Below the pieces are notes generated by a model. That model was given only the letters and a program-made list of their open reading frames with translations. It did no database searches and was not told where the DNA came from. This document shows, piece after piece, positions 1 to 10,546 of a DNA stretch of 64,000 nucleotides (its first letter is position 1; each line of letters starts with the position of its first letter). The stretch is taken from contig JAXLNO010000363.1 of NCBI GenBank assembly GCA_038087875.1, positions 62,001 to 126,000 of the forward strand, in the 5' to 3' direction. The DNA comes from Malacoraja senta (lineage: Eukaryota). A program made the position numbers and the translations under genes.

Positions 1-874
1 GAATTTGTGGAATTCCCTGCTGCCACAGAGGGCAGTGGAGGCCAAGTCACTGGATGGATTTAAGAGAGAGTTAGATAGAGCTCTAGGGGCTAGTGGAGTC
101 AAGGGATATGGGGAGAAGGCAGGCACGGGTTATTGATTGGGGACGATCAGCCGTGATCACAATGAATGGCGGTGCTGGCTGGAAGGGCCGAATGGCCTCC
201 TCCTGCACCTATTGTCTATGTTTCTATGACTGTAGACTCCTACCTCACCAGGGACTAACGTTACTGAACCATTTTACTGTGGTGTCTTTTTAAAATTGCT
301 GTTTTTCCCTTTTGTTCCCCTCCCACAAATATGTAATATGTGAATATTCTGTTTGTAGTTTGTCTGTTTGTCTTTTGCACAATTCCCGCGAGCATCGACA
401 CTTTTAATTTCACTGCCCACCTCGTATGTGTGTGGGTGACCAATAGACTGGACCTAGAATTTAGCTGGAATTTAGAAGATTGAGGGGGGATCTTATAGAA
501 ACTTACAAGATTCTTAAGGGGTTGGACAGGTTAAATGCAGGAAGATTGTTCCTGATGTTGGGGAAGTCCAGGACAAGGGGTCACACAGTTTAAGGATAAG
601 GGGGAAGTCTTTTAGGACCGAGATTTTTCACACAGAGAGTGGTGAATCTGTGGAATTCTCTGCCACAGAAGGTAGTTGAGGCCAGTTCATTGGCTATATT
701 TAAGAGGGAGTTAGATGTGGCCCTTGTGGCTAAAGGGATCAGGGGGTATGGAGAGAAGGCAGGGACGGGATACTGAGTTGGATGATCAGCCATGATCATA
801 TTGAATGGCGGTGCAGGCTCGAAGGGCCGAATGGCCTACTCCTGCACCTGTTGTCTATGTATCTCTGTATCTAT

Positions 875-1286
875 GTAAACTAGTGTGTGAACGGGCGATA
901 AAAAGGGAATAGGTGAAGCAGGGAGAGAAAGGCGAGAGTTTGGGGCCTGTTTCAAGATGGCCGACTTTTGCCTCCTGTTTCTGTGTTGTATCTCTGAACT
1001 AAACTAAACTAGTGTGTGAACGGGCGATCGCTGGTCGGCTAGCACGGACCCGGTGGGCCGAAGGGCCCATTTCCGCGCTGTATCTCTGAAGTAAAAAGGG
1101 AATAGTTGAAGCAGGGAGAGGAGGGCGATAGTTTGGGGCCTGGTTCAAGATGGCCGACTTTTGCCTCCTGTTTCCGCGCTGTATCTCTAAACTAAACTAG
1201 TGTGTGAACGGGCGATCGCTGGTCGGCTAGCACGGACCCGGTGGGGCCGAAGGGCTGTTTCCGCGCTGTATCTCTAAACTAAACTA
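875..1286 (+). mobile_element. Tandem SINE 3'-tail fragments (paralogue at 8814-9225)
   Basis: Repeats of ctagtgtgtgaacgggcgatcgctggtcgg...gggccgaagggcc...tatctctaaactaaact. Confidence 0.7.
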
Positions 1287-1331
1287 TAACCGCTGTTCCT
1301 TGTGACGGCCAGTTTAAACGTCATGCCTCAC

Positions 1332-1441
1332 CTGCACAAACAAGTCGGAGAGGTGCTTCTTGTCCGCCAACTTCTCAAACACTTTCCCCATCTCCTGGAT
1401 CATGTGAGAGCCCTTATTTGGGTCCCGATATGCCACATAAC
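1332..1441 (-). pseudogene. Caspase-14-like small-subunit exon, copy 1 (GYVAYRDPNKGSHMIQEMGKVFEKLADKKHLSDLFVQ)
   Basis: 110-nt exon, ccttcttcAG acceptor and CAG|GTGAGG donor, phase 1 to 0. Resembles caspase-14 GYIAYRHDQKGSCFIQTLVDVF. Confidence 0.88.
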
Positions 1442-1496
1442 CTGAAGAAGGATCAAGATCAACTTCAGGAAGCAAAACAATGCACACACATCGTAG

Positions 1497-2153
1497 AGTC
1501 ACAGAGTGATACAGTGTGGAAACAGGCCCTTCCTTCAGCCCAACTTGCCCACACCGCCCAACATGCCCCATCTACACTAGTCACAGAGTGGTACAGTGTG
1601 GAAACAGGCCCTTCCTTCAGCCCAACTTGCCCACACCGGCCAACATGCCCCATCTACACTAGTCATAGAGTGATACAGTGTGGAAACAGGCCCTTCCTTC
1701 AGCCCAACTTGCCCACACCGCCCAACATGCCCCATCTACACTAGTCACAGAGTGGTACAGTGTGGAAACAGGCCCTTCCTTCAGCCCAACTTGCCCACAC
1801 CGCCCAACATGCCCCATCTACACTAGTCACAGAGTGATACAGTGTGGAAACAGGCCCTTCCTTCAGCCCAACTTGCCCACACCGCCCAACATGCCCCATC
1901 TACACTAGTCACAGAGTGATACAGTGTGGAAACAGGCCCTTCCTTCAGCCCAACTTGCCCACACCGACCAACATGCCCCATCTACACTAGTCACAGAGTG
2001 ATACAGTGTGGAAACAGGCCCTTCCTTCGGCCCTTCAGCCCACACCGGCCAACATGCCCCATCTACACTAGTCACAGAGTGATACAGTGTGGAAACAGGC
2101 CCTTCCTTCAGCCCAACTTGCCCACACCGCCCAACATGTCCCATCTACACTAG
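1497..2153. repeat. 82-bp minisatellite derived from a LINE/SINE 3' tail (also 9436-10158, 31320-31610; reverse at 3110-3500 and 18930-19320)
   Basis: Unit agtcacagagtgatacagtgtggaaacaggcccttccttcagcccaacttgcccacaccgcccaacatgccccatctacact. Confidence 0.93.
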
Positions 2154-3090
2154 TCCCACCTGCCTGCGCTTGGTCCATATCCCTCCAAACCTGTCCTATC
2201 CATGTACCTGTCTATCTGTTTCTTAAATGTTGGGATAGTCCCAGCCTCAACTACCTCCTCCGGCAGCTCGTTCCATACAGCCACCGCCCACCTGTGTGGG
2301 AAAAGTTACCCCTCAGATTCCCATTAAATCTTTTCCCCTTCACCTTGAACCCGTGTCCTCTGGTCCTCGATTCCTCTACTCTGGGCAAGAGACTCTGTGC
2401 GTCTATTCGATCGATTCCTCTCATGATTTTATACACCTATCTCCGGTGTCCTCCCACACTCCAAAAACGTGCAGGTTTGTAGGTTAATTAGCTTGGTTTC
2501 GGTGTAAATTGTCCATAGTGGGTCCTCTTGTTATGAAGGCCAACATGCCATTGTCTTTCTTCACTGCCTGCTGTACCTGCATGCTTACTTTCATAGACTG
2601 ATGAACAAGGACCCCCAGATCCCGTTGTAATTCCCCTTTTCCCAACTTGACGCCATTGGTCAGGGTGGGGTGAGGGGGGGGTTAGAGTTTAAAGCGTGGA
2701 GGGCTACATGTTTTTATGGGCCTGTCGTGGAGGTGAGGTGGCACAGGCCCTTCCTTCAGCCCAACTTGCCCACACCGACCAACATGCCCCATCTACACTA
2801 GTCCCACCTGCCTGCGCTTGGCCCATATCCCTCCAAACCCGTCCTATCCATGTACCTGTCTAACGTTGGGATAGTCCCAGCCTCAACTACCTCCTCTGGC
2901 AGCTCGTTCCATACACCTAGCACCCTCTGTGTGGGAAAAGTCACCCCTCAAATCGCTGTTAAATCTTTCCCCCTTCACCTTGAACCCGTGTCCTCTGGTC
3001 CTCGATTCCCCTACTCTGGGCAAGAGACTCTGTGCGTCTACCCGATCTATTCCCCTCATGATTTTATACATCTCTATAAGATCCATCACA
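2150..3090 (-). mobile_element. Cluster of CR1-clade LINE fragments (reverse), with a small SINE piece at ~2440-2520
   Basis: YKIMRGIDRVDAQSLLPRVGESRTRGH twice; QRDLGVLVHQSMKVSMQVQQAVKK at ~2530-2657. Confidence 0.8.
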
Positions 3091-3564
3091 TTGTGGGACG
3101 TGGGGATATGGACCAAACGCAGGCAGGTGGGACTAGTGTAGATGGGACATGTTGGCCGGTGTGGGCAAGTTGGGCTGAAGGACCTGTTTCCGTGACTCTG
3201 GGACTGGTGTAGATGGGGCATGTTGGGCTAGTGTGGGCAAGTTGGGCCGAAGGGCCTGTTTCCGTGACTCTGGGACTAGTGTAGATGGGACATGTTGGTC
3301 GGTGTGGGCAAGTTGGGCCGAAGGAAGGGCCTGTTTCCACGCTGTATCACTCTGTGACTAGTGTAGATGGGGCATGTTGGTCGGTGTGGGCAAGTTGGGC
3401 CGAAGGAAGGGCCTGTTTCCACACTGTATCACTCTGTGACTAGTGTAGATGGGGCATGTTGGGCGGTGTGGGCAAGTTGGGCCAAAGGAAGGGCCTGTTT
3501 TGAACTGCGTAACTCTGTGATTCTAAATAAACGTGAGATGATTAAGCAGGAATGGGGAACTCGC

Positions 3565-3717
3565 CTTTCCAGACGGATCGATGTGCTCAGTCACTTGGAA
3601 GTTTAATTTGCTCAGGCAATTCCAGAGAGTTTTCCTATCAATGTCAGCTCCGCTCCTACCGTTTGCAATGCAGAGAATTAAGGCCTTTCTCAGTCGCGAC
3701 ATATCATACTCTCCCTC
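3565..3717 (-). pseudogene. Caspase-14-like large-subunit first exon, copy 1 (EGEYDMSRLRKALILCIANGRSGADIDRKTLWNCLSKLNFQVTEHIDPSGK)
   Basis: 153-nt exon, AG acceptor, GC-type donor (AAG|GCGAGT). Resembles caspase-14 YDMSGARLALILC...REGSEEDL...DPT. Confidence 0.88.
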
Positions 3718-3769
3718 CTGTTCCAGAGACCAAGATTTTCACACAGTCAGTACAGACGTCCAGGGCAGG

Positions 3770-4345
3770 GAGACAATAGACATAGACAATAGGTGCAGGA
3801 GTAGAGGCCATTCGGCCCTTCGAGCAAGCACCGCCATTCACTGCGATCATGGCTGATCGTCCCCAATCAATAACCCGTGCCTGCCTTCTCCCCATATCCC
3901 TTGTTTCCACTAGCCCCTAGAGCTAAATCTAACTCTATCCTACACACACACTAGGGACAATTTACATTGATGCCAAGCCAATTAACCTGGAATAGAGACC
4001 CAGCCTACTCAACCTCTCCCTGTAGCTCACACCCTCTAGTCCGGCAACATCCTCGTGAATCTTCTCTGCGCCCTTTCCAGCTCGACGACATCGTTCCTGT
4101 AACACGGTGCCCAGAACTGAACACAATACTCTAAATGCGGTCTCACCAACGTCTTGTACAACTGCAACGTGACCTCCCAACTTCTAGACTCAATACTCTT
4201 GACTGATGAAAGGCCAAAGTGCCAAAAGCCTTGTTGACCACCTTGTCTACCTGCGACTCGACCTTCAAGGAACCATGCACCTGTACTCCTAGATCCCTCT
4301 GCTCTACAACACTACCCAGAGGCCCAGAGACCATTCACTGTGTAG
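3770..4345 (-). mobile_element. CR1-clade LINE fragments (reverse) with a SINE remnant; paralogue at ~19590-20170
   Basis: EQRDLGVQVHGSLKVESQVDKVV and reverse 3' tail. Confidence 0.8.
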
Positions 4346-4385
4346 GTCCTGCCCTTAGATGTCCCAAAATACAACACCTCACACA

Positions 4386-5020
4386 CATAACAAGAGGAGT
4401 CGAGTACAGGAGCAAAGAGGTCCTTCTGCAGTTGTACAGGGCCCTAATGAGACCACACCTGGAGTATTGTGTACAGTTTTGGTCCCCTAATTTGAGGAAG
4501 GACATTCTTGCTATTGAGGGAGCCCAGCGTAGGTTCACCAGGTTAATTCACGGGATGGCGGGACTGTCATATGCTGAGAGAATGGAGCGGCTGGGCTTGT
4601 ACACTCTGGAGTTTAGAAGGATGAGAGGGAATCTCATTGAAACATATAAGATTATTAAGGGTTTGGACACGCTAGAGGCAGGAAACATGTTCCCGATGTT
4701 GGGGGAGTCCTGAACCAGGGGCCACACACAGGTTAAGAATAAGGGGTCGGCCATTTAGAACGGAGACGAGGAAACACTTTTTCTCACAGAGAGTGGTGAG
4801 TCTGTGGGATTCTCTGCCTCAGAGGGCGGTGGAGGCCGGTTCTCTGGATGCTTTCAAGAGAGAGCTAGATAGGGCTCTTAAAGATAGCGGAGTCAGGGGA
4901 TATGGGGAGAAGGCAGGAACGGGGTACTGATTGGGGATGATCAGCCATGATCACATTGAATGGTGGTGCTGGCTCGATGGGCCGAATGGCCTCTACTCCT
5001 GCACCTATTGTCTATTGTCT
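4386..5020 (+). mobile_element. CR1-clade LINE 3' fragment (paralogues at ~20207-20840 and ~30700-31150)
   Basis: ITRGVEYRSKEVLLQLYRALMRPHLEYCVQFW...RVVSLW plus 3' tail gggccgaatggcctctactcctgcacctattgtct. Confidence 0.9.
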
Positions 5021-5054
5021 ATTAAATTCCATCGACCGTTCCGTGCTGCCTTAC

Positions 5055-5146
5055 CTGGTCTTGTACCCCTGGGGCAGGTGTGGAGGGGGGGGTGGGAGCC
5101 TCATTGTCCAAGGTGGGGGCTCCAGGTATAGGTATGCTGTCTACAC
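5055..5146 (-). pseudogene. Pro-rich linker exon of the caspase-like gene, copy 1 (GVDSIPIPGAPTLDNEAPTPPSTPAPGVQDQ)
   Basis: 92 nt, ttttcctcccacAG acceptor, CAG|GTAAGG donor. Ends in phase 0, in frame with the 3565-3717 exon. Confidence 0.7.
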
Positions 5147-5184
5147 CTGTGGGAGGAAAACCAGTGGTCACCTGTGTATCAATG

Positions 5185-5826
5185 GAGAGGGTGGGGGGAG
5201 AGAGTGGGGGGAGAGCGGGGAGAGAGAGAGAAGGGGGAGGGGGAAAGGGGAAGAGAGGGGAGAGGGGAGAGAGAGGGAGAGGGATGAGAGGGGGGGAAGA
5301 TGGGGAGAGAGGGGGGAAAGAGGGGAGAGAGGGAGAGGGAAAGAGGGGGAAAGAGAGGGGGAGAGAGAGGGGGAAGATGGGGAGAGAGGGGGGAGAGAGA
5401 AGGGAGAGAGAGGGGGGGAAACAGGGAGAAGGGAGGGGGAGAGAGGGAGTGAGAGAAGGGGGAGAGAGAGAGGGGAGAGGGAGGAGAGAGGGGGGAAATA
5501 TGGGGAGAGAAGGGGGGAGAGATGGGGAGCGAAGGGGAGAGAGAGAGGGAGAGTGAGAGAAGGGGAAAGAGAGGGGGAGAGAGGAGAGATAGAGGGTTGA
5601 GATAGAGAGAGGGGGAGAGAGAGAGGGGGAAAGATGGGGAGAGAAGGGGGAGAGAGAGGGGGGAAGATGGGGAGAGAAGGGGGGAGAGAGAGAGGGGGAA
5701 AGATGGGGAGACAGTGGGGGGAGTGAGAGGGGAGAGGCAGAGAGAGAGAAAGGGAGAGAGAAGGGGGAAAGAGAGAGGAGAGAGGGGTGGAATAAGAGGG
5801 GAGAGAGAGGGGATTAGAGGGAGGGA
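5185..5826. repeat. Purine-rich (G/A) low-complexity tract (also ~10585-11312, 21005-21710 and 50056-50556)
   Basis: Almost pure G/A on the + strand. Confidence 0.95.
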
Positions 5827-5925
5827 GTGGCCTCTGTTATAAACTGGCATCGATCCAGGTTTGTGTTTAAACAGATGGATTTTTCACCGAGTCCATCTGT
5901 CGCAGCGAGTTCCCATAAAATACTT

Positions 5926-6555
5926 CACCTGGAGTATTGTGTACAGTTTTGGTCTCCTAATTTGAGGAAGGACATCCTTGTGATTGAGGCAGTGCAGCGT
6001 AGGTTCACCAGATTGATCCCTGGGATGGCGGGACTGTCATATGAGGAAAGAATGAAAAGACTGGGCTTGTATTCACTGGCGTTTAGACGGATGGGGGGGG
6101 GGGGGATCTTATAGAAACATATAAAATTATAAAAGGACTGGACAAGCTAGATGCAGGAAAAATGTTCCCAATGTTGGGCGAGTCCAGAACCAGGGGCCAC
6201 ACAGTCTTAGAATAAAGGGGAGGCTATTTAAGACTGAGGTGAGAAAAAACTTTTTCACCCAGAGAGTTGTGAATCTGTGGCCATTTGGGACTGAGATGAG
6301 GAGAAACTTTTCCACCCAGAGAGTTGTGAATTTGTGGAATTCCCTGCTGCCACAGAGGGCAGTGGAGGCCAAGTCACTGGATGGATTTAAGAGAGAGTTA
6401 GATAGAGCTCTAGGGGCTAGTGGAGTCAAGGGATATGGGGAGAAGGCAGGCACGGGTTATTGATTGGGGACGATCAGCCGTGATCACAATGAATGGCGGT
6501 GCTGGCTGGAAGGGCCGAATGGCCTCCTCCTGCACCTATTGTCTATGTTTCTATG
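5926..6555 (+). mobile_element. CR1-clade LINE 3' fragment (paralogues at 1-226, ~11395-12016 and ~21808-22436)
   Basis: HLEYCVQFWSPNLRKD...NFFTQRVVNLW and 3' tail. Confidence 0.9.
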
Positions 6556-6784
6556 ACTGTAGACTCCCACCTCACCAGGGACTAACGTTACTGAACCATT
6601 TTACTGTGGTGTCTTTTTAAAATTGCTGTTTTTCCCTTTTGTTCCCCTCCCACAAATATGTAATATGTGAATATTCTGTTTGTAGTTTGTCTGTTTGTCT
6701 TTTGCACAATTCCCGCGAGCATCGACACTTTTAATTTCACTGCCCACCTCGTATGTGTGTGGGTGACCAATAGACTGGACCTAG

Positions 6785-7205
6785 AATTTAGCTGGAATTT
6801 AGAAGATTGAGGGGGGATCTTATAGAAACTTACAAGATTCTTAAGGGGTTGGACAGGTTAAATGCAGGAAGATTGTTCCTGATGTTGGGGAAGTCCAGGA
6901 CAAGGGGTCACACAGTTTAAGGATAAGGGGGAAGTCTTTTAGGACCGAGATTTTTCACACAGAGAGTGGTGAATCTGTGGAATTCTCTGCCACAGAAGGT
7001 AGTTGAGGCCAGTTCATTGGCTATATTTAAGAGGGAGTTAGATGTGGCCCTTGTGGGTAAAGGGATCAGGGGGTATGGAGAGAAGGCAGGTACGGGATAC
7101 TGAGTTGGATGATCAGCCATGATCATATTGAATGGCGGTGCAGGCTCGAAGGGCCGAATGGCCTCTACTCCTGCACCTATTGTCTATGTTTCTATGTTTC
7201 TATGA
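6785..7205 (+). mobile_element. CR1-clade LINE 3' end (paralogues at 457-860, ~12245-12664 and ~22665-23085)
   Basis: EFRRLRGDLIETYKILKGLDR... and (tttctatg)n tail. Confidence 0.88.
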
Positions 7206-7321
7206 CCTGACTTGACTTGCCGAGCTTTATGTGGCCACTGTTTGGATAACTTTGGGTATCGAAAGCAAAGTGTCACCCTGACTCGATTTCTTGGAAAATA
7301 CATCCCCTTTATCGGATTCAG

Positions 7322-7350
7322 GACGGGTGGGGCAGAGACAGAGAGGGAGG

Positions 7351-7414
<64 letters not shown>

Positions 7415-7708
7415 GGAGAGGGGATGAGAAGGGGAAGGGAGAAGGGGAGAGAGGAGAGGGAGAGAAAGCATTTTGGCCTTTTTTCCTCACTTTTTGGTGA
7501 CAAATCTTCCACTTTTCAATTGTCTACAGATCTCAAGAATACGATCCCGGATCTCGCAGGCAGACAGGCAATGAACGGAGAATTCCGGTGTGGTGAGTGA
7601 ATACACACAGTCACACACACACACGCACACACACACACACACACAGTCCTAAACAGGGTGGGGAATGTGTGCAGGCAGAGAGAGAGAGAGAGAGAGAGGC
7701 AGGCTCCC

Positions 7709-7751
<43 letters not shown>

Positions 7752-8365
7752 ACACACACACACACCCTGAGCCTAGTGACCAGGGACTTTGATATGCCCC
7801 TTGAACTCCAGGGCCAAACCAGTCTGTCTGTCCCACAGAGCTTTTCCAATTTGACCAAATCTCACAGCAAAACCCGTTTTGAAGTCCAATAGCCATTAAG
7901 CCCATACATAACATGCATTTCCCTCACCCAACGATACAACAATTCAATTTCATCGTATTCACAGCCGACTCGAAGGGGAAGTCGACTTGGAAACATTGAC
8001 CCTGATGAACAGAGCCCACACACAAGGCTCAACCGCCCCATCCAATTAACACTTAGCAGAGTCACACTCTGCAACATTACTTTCAACCTATTTACAAGGT
8101 GAATGTCCAGGTTTTTTGCACACATCCATTCCACTCTATGCATTTGACAGTATTTGCAAGGCTTCCCATTCTCTGCATGCAAATTGCATCTAAGTTCCAG
8201 ATTCCCAGGCATGTCTCGGAGCCTGTCTGTCTGTCTGTCTGTCCCAGAGAGCTTTTCCCATTTGACCAAATCTCACAGCAAACCCCGTTTTGAAGTCCAA
8301 ACACTCTTCTACTCCTCCTCCTCCTCAGACGGACAAAGGTTGTGCAGGTGGACTGAAGGTGTGGT

Positions 8366-8403
<38 letters not shown>

Positions 8404-8440
8404 AGAGGGTAGAGAGAGGCTACAGTGGTAGCCGGGGAGG
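7322..8440. repeat. Partial unit of the ~1.4-kb composite macrosatellite (subfamily I)
   Basis: Same unit sequence as 32455-49460; truncated by a LINE junction at 8441. Confidence 0.9.
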
Positions 8441-8812
8441 TCTTATGGGGTTGGACAGGCTAGATGCAGGAAGATTGTTCCCGATGTTGGGGAAGTCCAG
8501 GACAAGGGGTCACAGCTTAAGGATAAGGGGGAAATCCTTTAAGACCGAGATGAGGAAAAACATTTTCACACAGAGAGTGGTGAATCTGTGGAACTCTCTG
8601 CCACAGAGGGTAGTTGAGGCCAGTTCATTGGCTATATTTAAGAGGGAGTTAGATGTGGCCCTTGTGGCTAAAGGGATCAGGGGGTATGGAGAGAAGGCAG
8701 GGACGGGATACTGAGTTGGATGATCAGCCATGATCACAATGAATGGCGGTGCAGGCTCGAAGGGCCGAATGGCCTACTCCTGCACCTGTTGTCTATGTAT
8801 CTCTGTATCTAT
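8441..8812 (+). mobile_element. CR1-clade LINE 3' end
   Basis: LMGLDRLDAGRLFPMLGKSRTRGHSLRIRG; nearly identical to the reverse complement of 60074-60336. Confidence 0.9.
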
Positions 8813-9270
8813 GTAAACTAGTGTGTGAACGGGCGATAAAAAGGGAATAGGTGAAGCAGGGAGAGAAAGGCGAGAGTTTGGGGCCTGTTTCAAGATGGCC
8901 GACTTTTGCCTCCTGTTTCTGTGTTGTATCTCTGAACTAAACTAAACTAGTGTGTGAACGGGCGATCGCTGGTCGGCTAGCACGGACCCGGTGGGCCGAA
9001 GGGCCTGTTTCCGCGCTGTATCTCTGAAGTAAAAAGGGAATAGTTGAAGCAGGGAGAGGAGGGCGAGAGTTTGGGGCCTGGTTCAAGATGGCCGACTTTT
9101 GCCTCCTGTTTCCGCGCTGTATCTCTAAACTAAACTAGTGTGTGAACGGGCGATCGCTGGTCGGCTAGCACGGACCCGGTGGGGCCGAAGGGCCTGTTTC
9201 CGCGCTGTATCTCTCAACTAAACTATAACCGCTGTTCCTTGTGACGGCCAGTTTAAACGTCATGCCTCAC

Positions 9271-9380
9271 CTGCACAAACAAGTCGGAGAGGTGCTTCTT
9301 GTCCGCCAACTTCTCAAACACTTTCCCCATCTCCTGGATCATGTGAGAGCCCTTATTTGGGTCCCGATATGCCACATAAC
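9271..9380 (-). pseudogene. Caspase-14-like small-subunit exon, copy 2
   Basis: Same translation and splice sites as 1332-1441 (offset 7939). Confidence 0.88.
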
Positions 9381-10158
9381 CTGAAGAAGGATCAAGATCA
9401 ACTTCAGGAAGCAAAACAATGCACACACATCGTAGAGTCACAGAGTGATACAGTGTGGAAACAGGCCCTTCCTTCAGCCCAACTTGCCCACACCGCCCAA
9501 CATGCCCCATCTACACTAGTCACAGAGTGATACAGTGTGGAAACAGGCCCTTCCTTCAGCCCAACTTGCCCACACCGCCCAACATGCCCCATCTACACTA
9601 GTCACAGAGTGATACAGTGTGGAAACAGGCCCTTCCTTCAGCCCAACTTGCCCACACCGCCCAACATGCCCCATCTACACTAGTCACAGAGTGGTACAGT
9701 GTGGAAACAGGCCCTTCCTTCAGCCCAACTTGCCCACACCGCCCAACATGCCCCATCTACACTAGTCACAGAGTGATACAGTGTGGAAACAGGCCCTTCC
9801 TTCAGCCCAACTTGCCCACACCGCCCAACATGCCCCATCTACACTAGTCACAGAGTGATACAGTGTGGAAACAGGCCCTTCCTTCAGCCCAACTTGCCCA
9901 CACCGCCCAACATGCCCCATCTACACTAGTCACAGAGTGATACAGTGTGGAAACAGGCCCTTCCTTCAGCCCAACTTGCCCACACCGCCCAACATGCCCC
10001 ATCTACACTAGTCACAGAGTGGTACAGTGTGGAAACAGGCCCTTCCTTCAGCCCAACTTGCCCACACCGCCCAACATGCCCCATCTACACTAGTCACAGA
10101 GTGATACAGTGTGGAAACAGGCCCTTCCTTCAGCCCAACTTGCCCACACCGCCCAACA

Positions 10159-10358
10159 NNNNNNNNNNNNNNNNNNNNNNNNNNNNNNNNNNNNNNNNNN
10201 NNNNNNNNNNNNNNNNNNNNNNNNNNNNNNNNNNNNNNNNNNNNNNNNNNNNNNNNNNNNNNNNNNNNNNNNNNNNNNNNNNNNNNNNNNNNNNNNNNNN
10301 NNNNNNNNNNNNNNNNNNNNNNNNNNNNNNNNNNNNNNNNNNNNNNNNNNNNNNNNNN
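10159..10358. other. Assembly gap (200 N)
   Basis: Run of N. Confidence 1.
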
Positions 10359-10450
10359 GTGGTGCTGGCTCGATGGGCCGAATGGCCTCTACTCCTGCAC
10401 CTATTGTCTATTGTCTATTAAATTCCATCGACCGTTCCGTGCTGCCTTAC

Positions 10451-10546
10451 CTGGTCTTGTACCCCTGGGGCAGGTGTGGATGAGGGGGGGGGGGTGGGAG
10501 CCTCATTGTCCAAGGTGGGGCTCCAGGTATAGTACACTATCTACAC
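10451..10546 (-). pseudogene. Pro-rich linker exon, copy 2 (indels; next to assembly gap)
   Basis: Paralogue of 5055-5146 with splice sites kept; length 96 nt. Confidence 0.6.

Noticed and set aside
1497..2153. Regular repeats suggesting a CRISPR-like array
   Set aside because: No unique spacers; 82-bp retroposon-tail tandem repeat in eukaryotic DNA.
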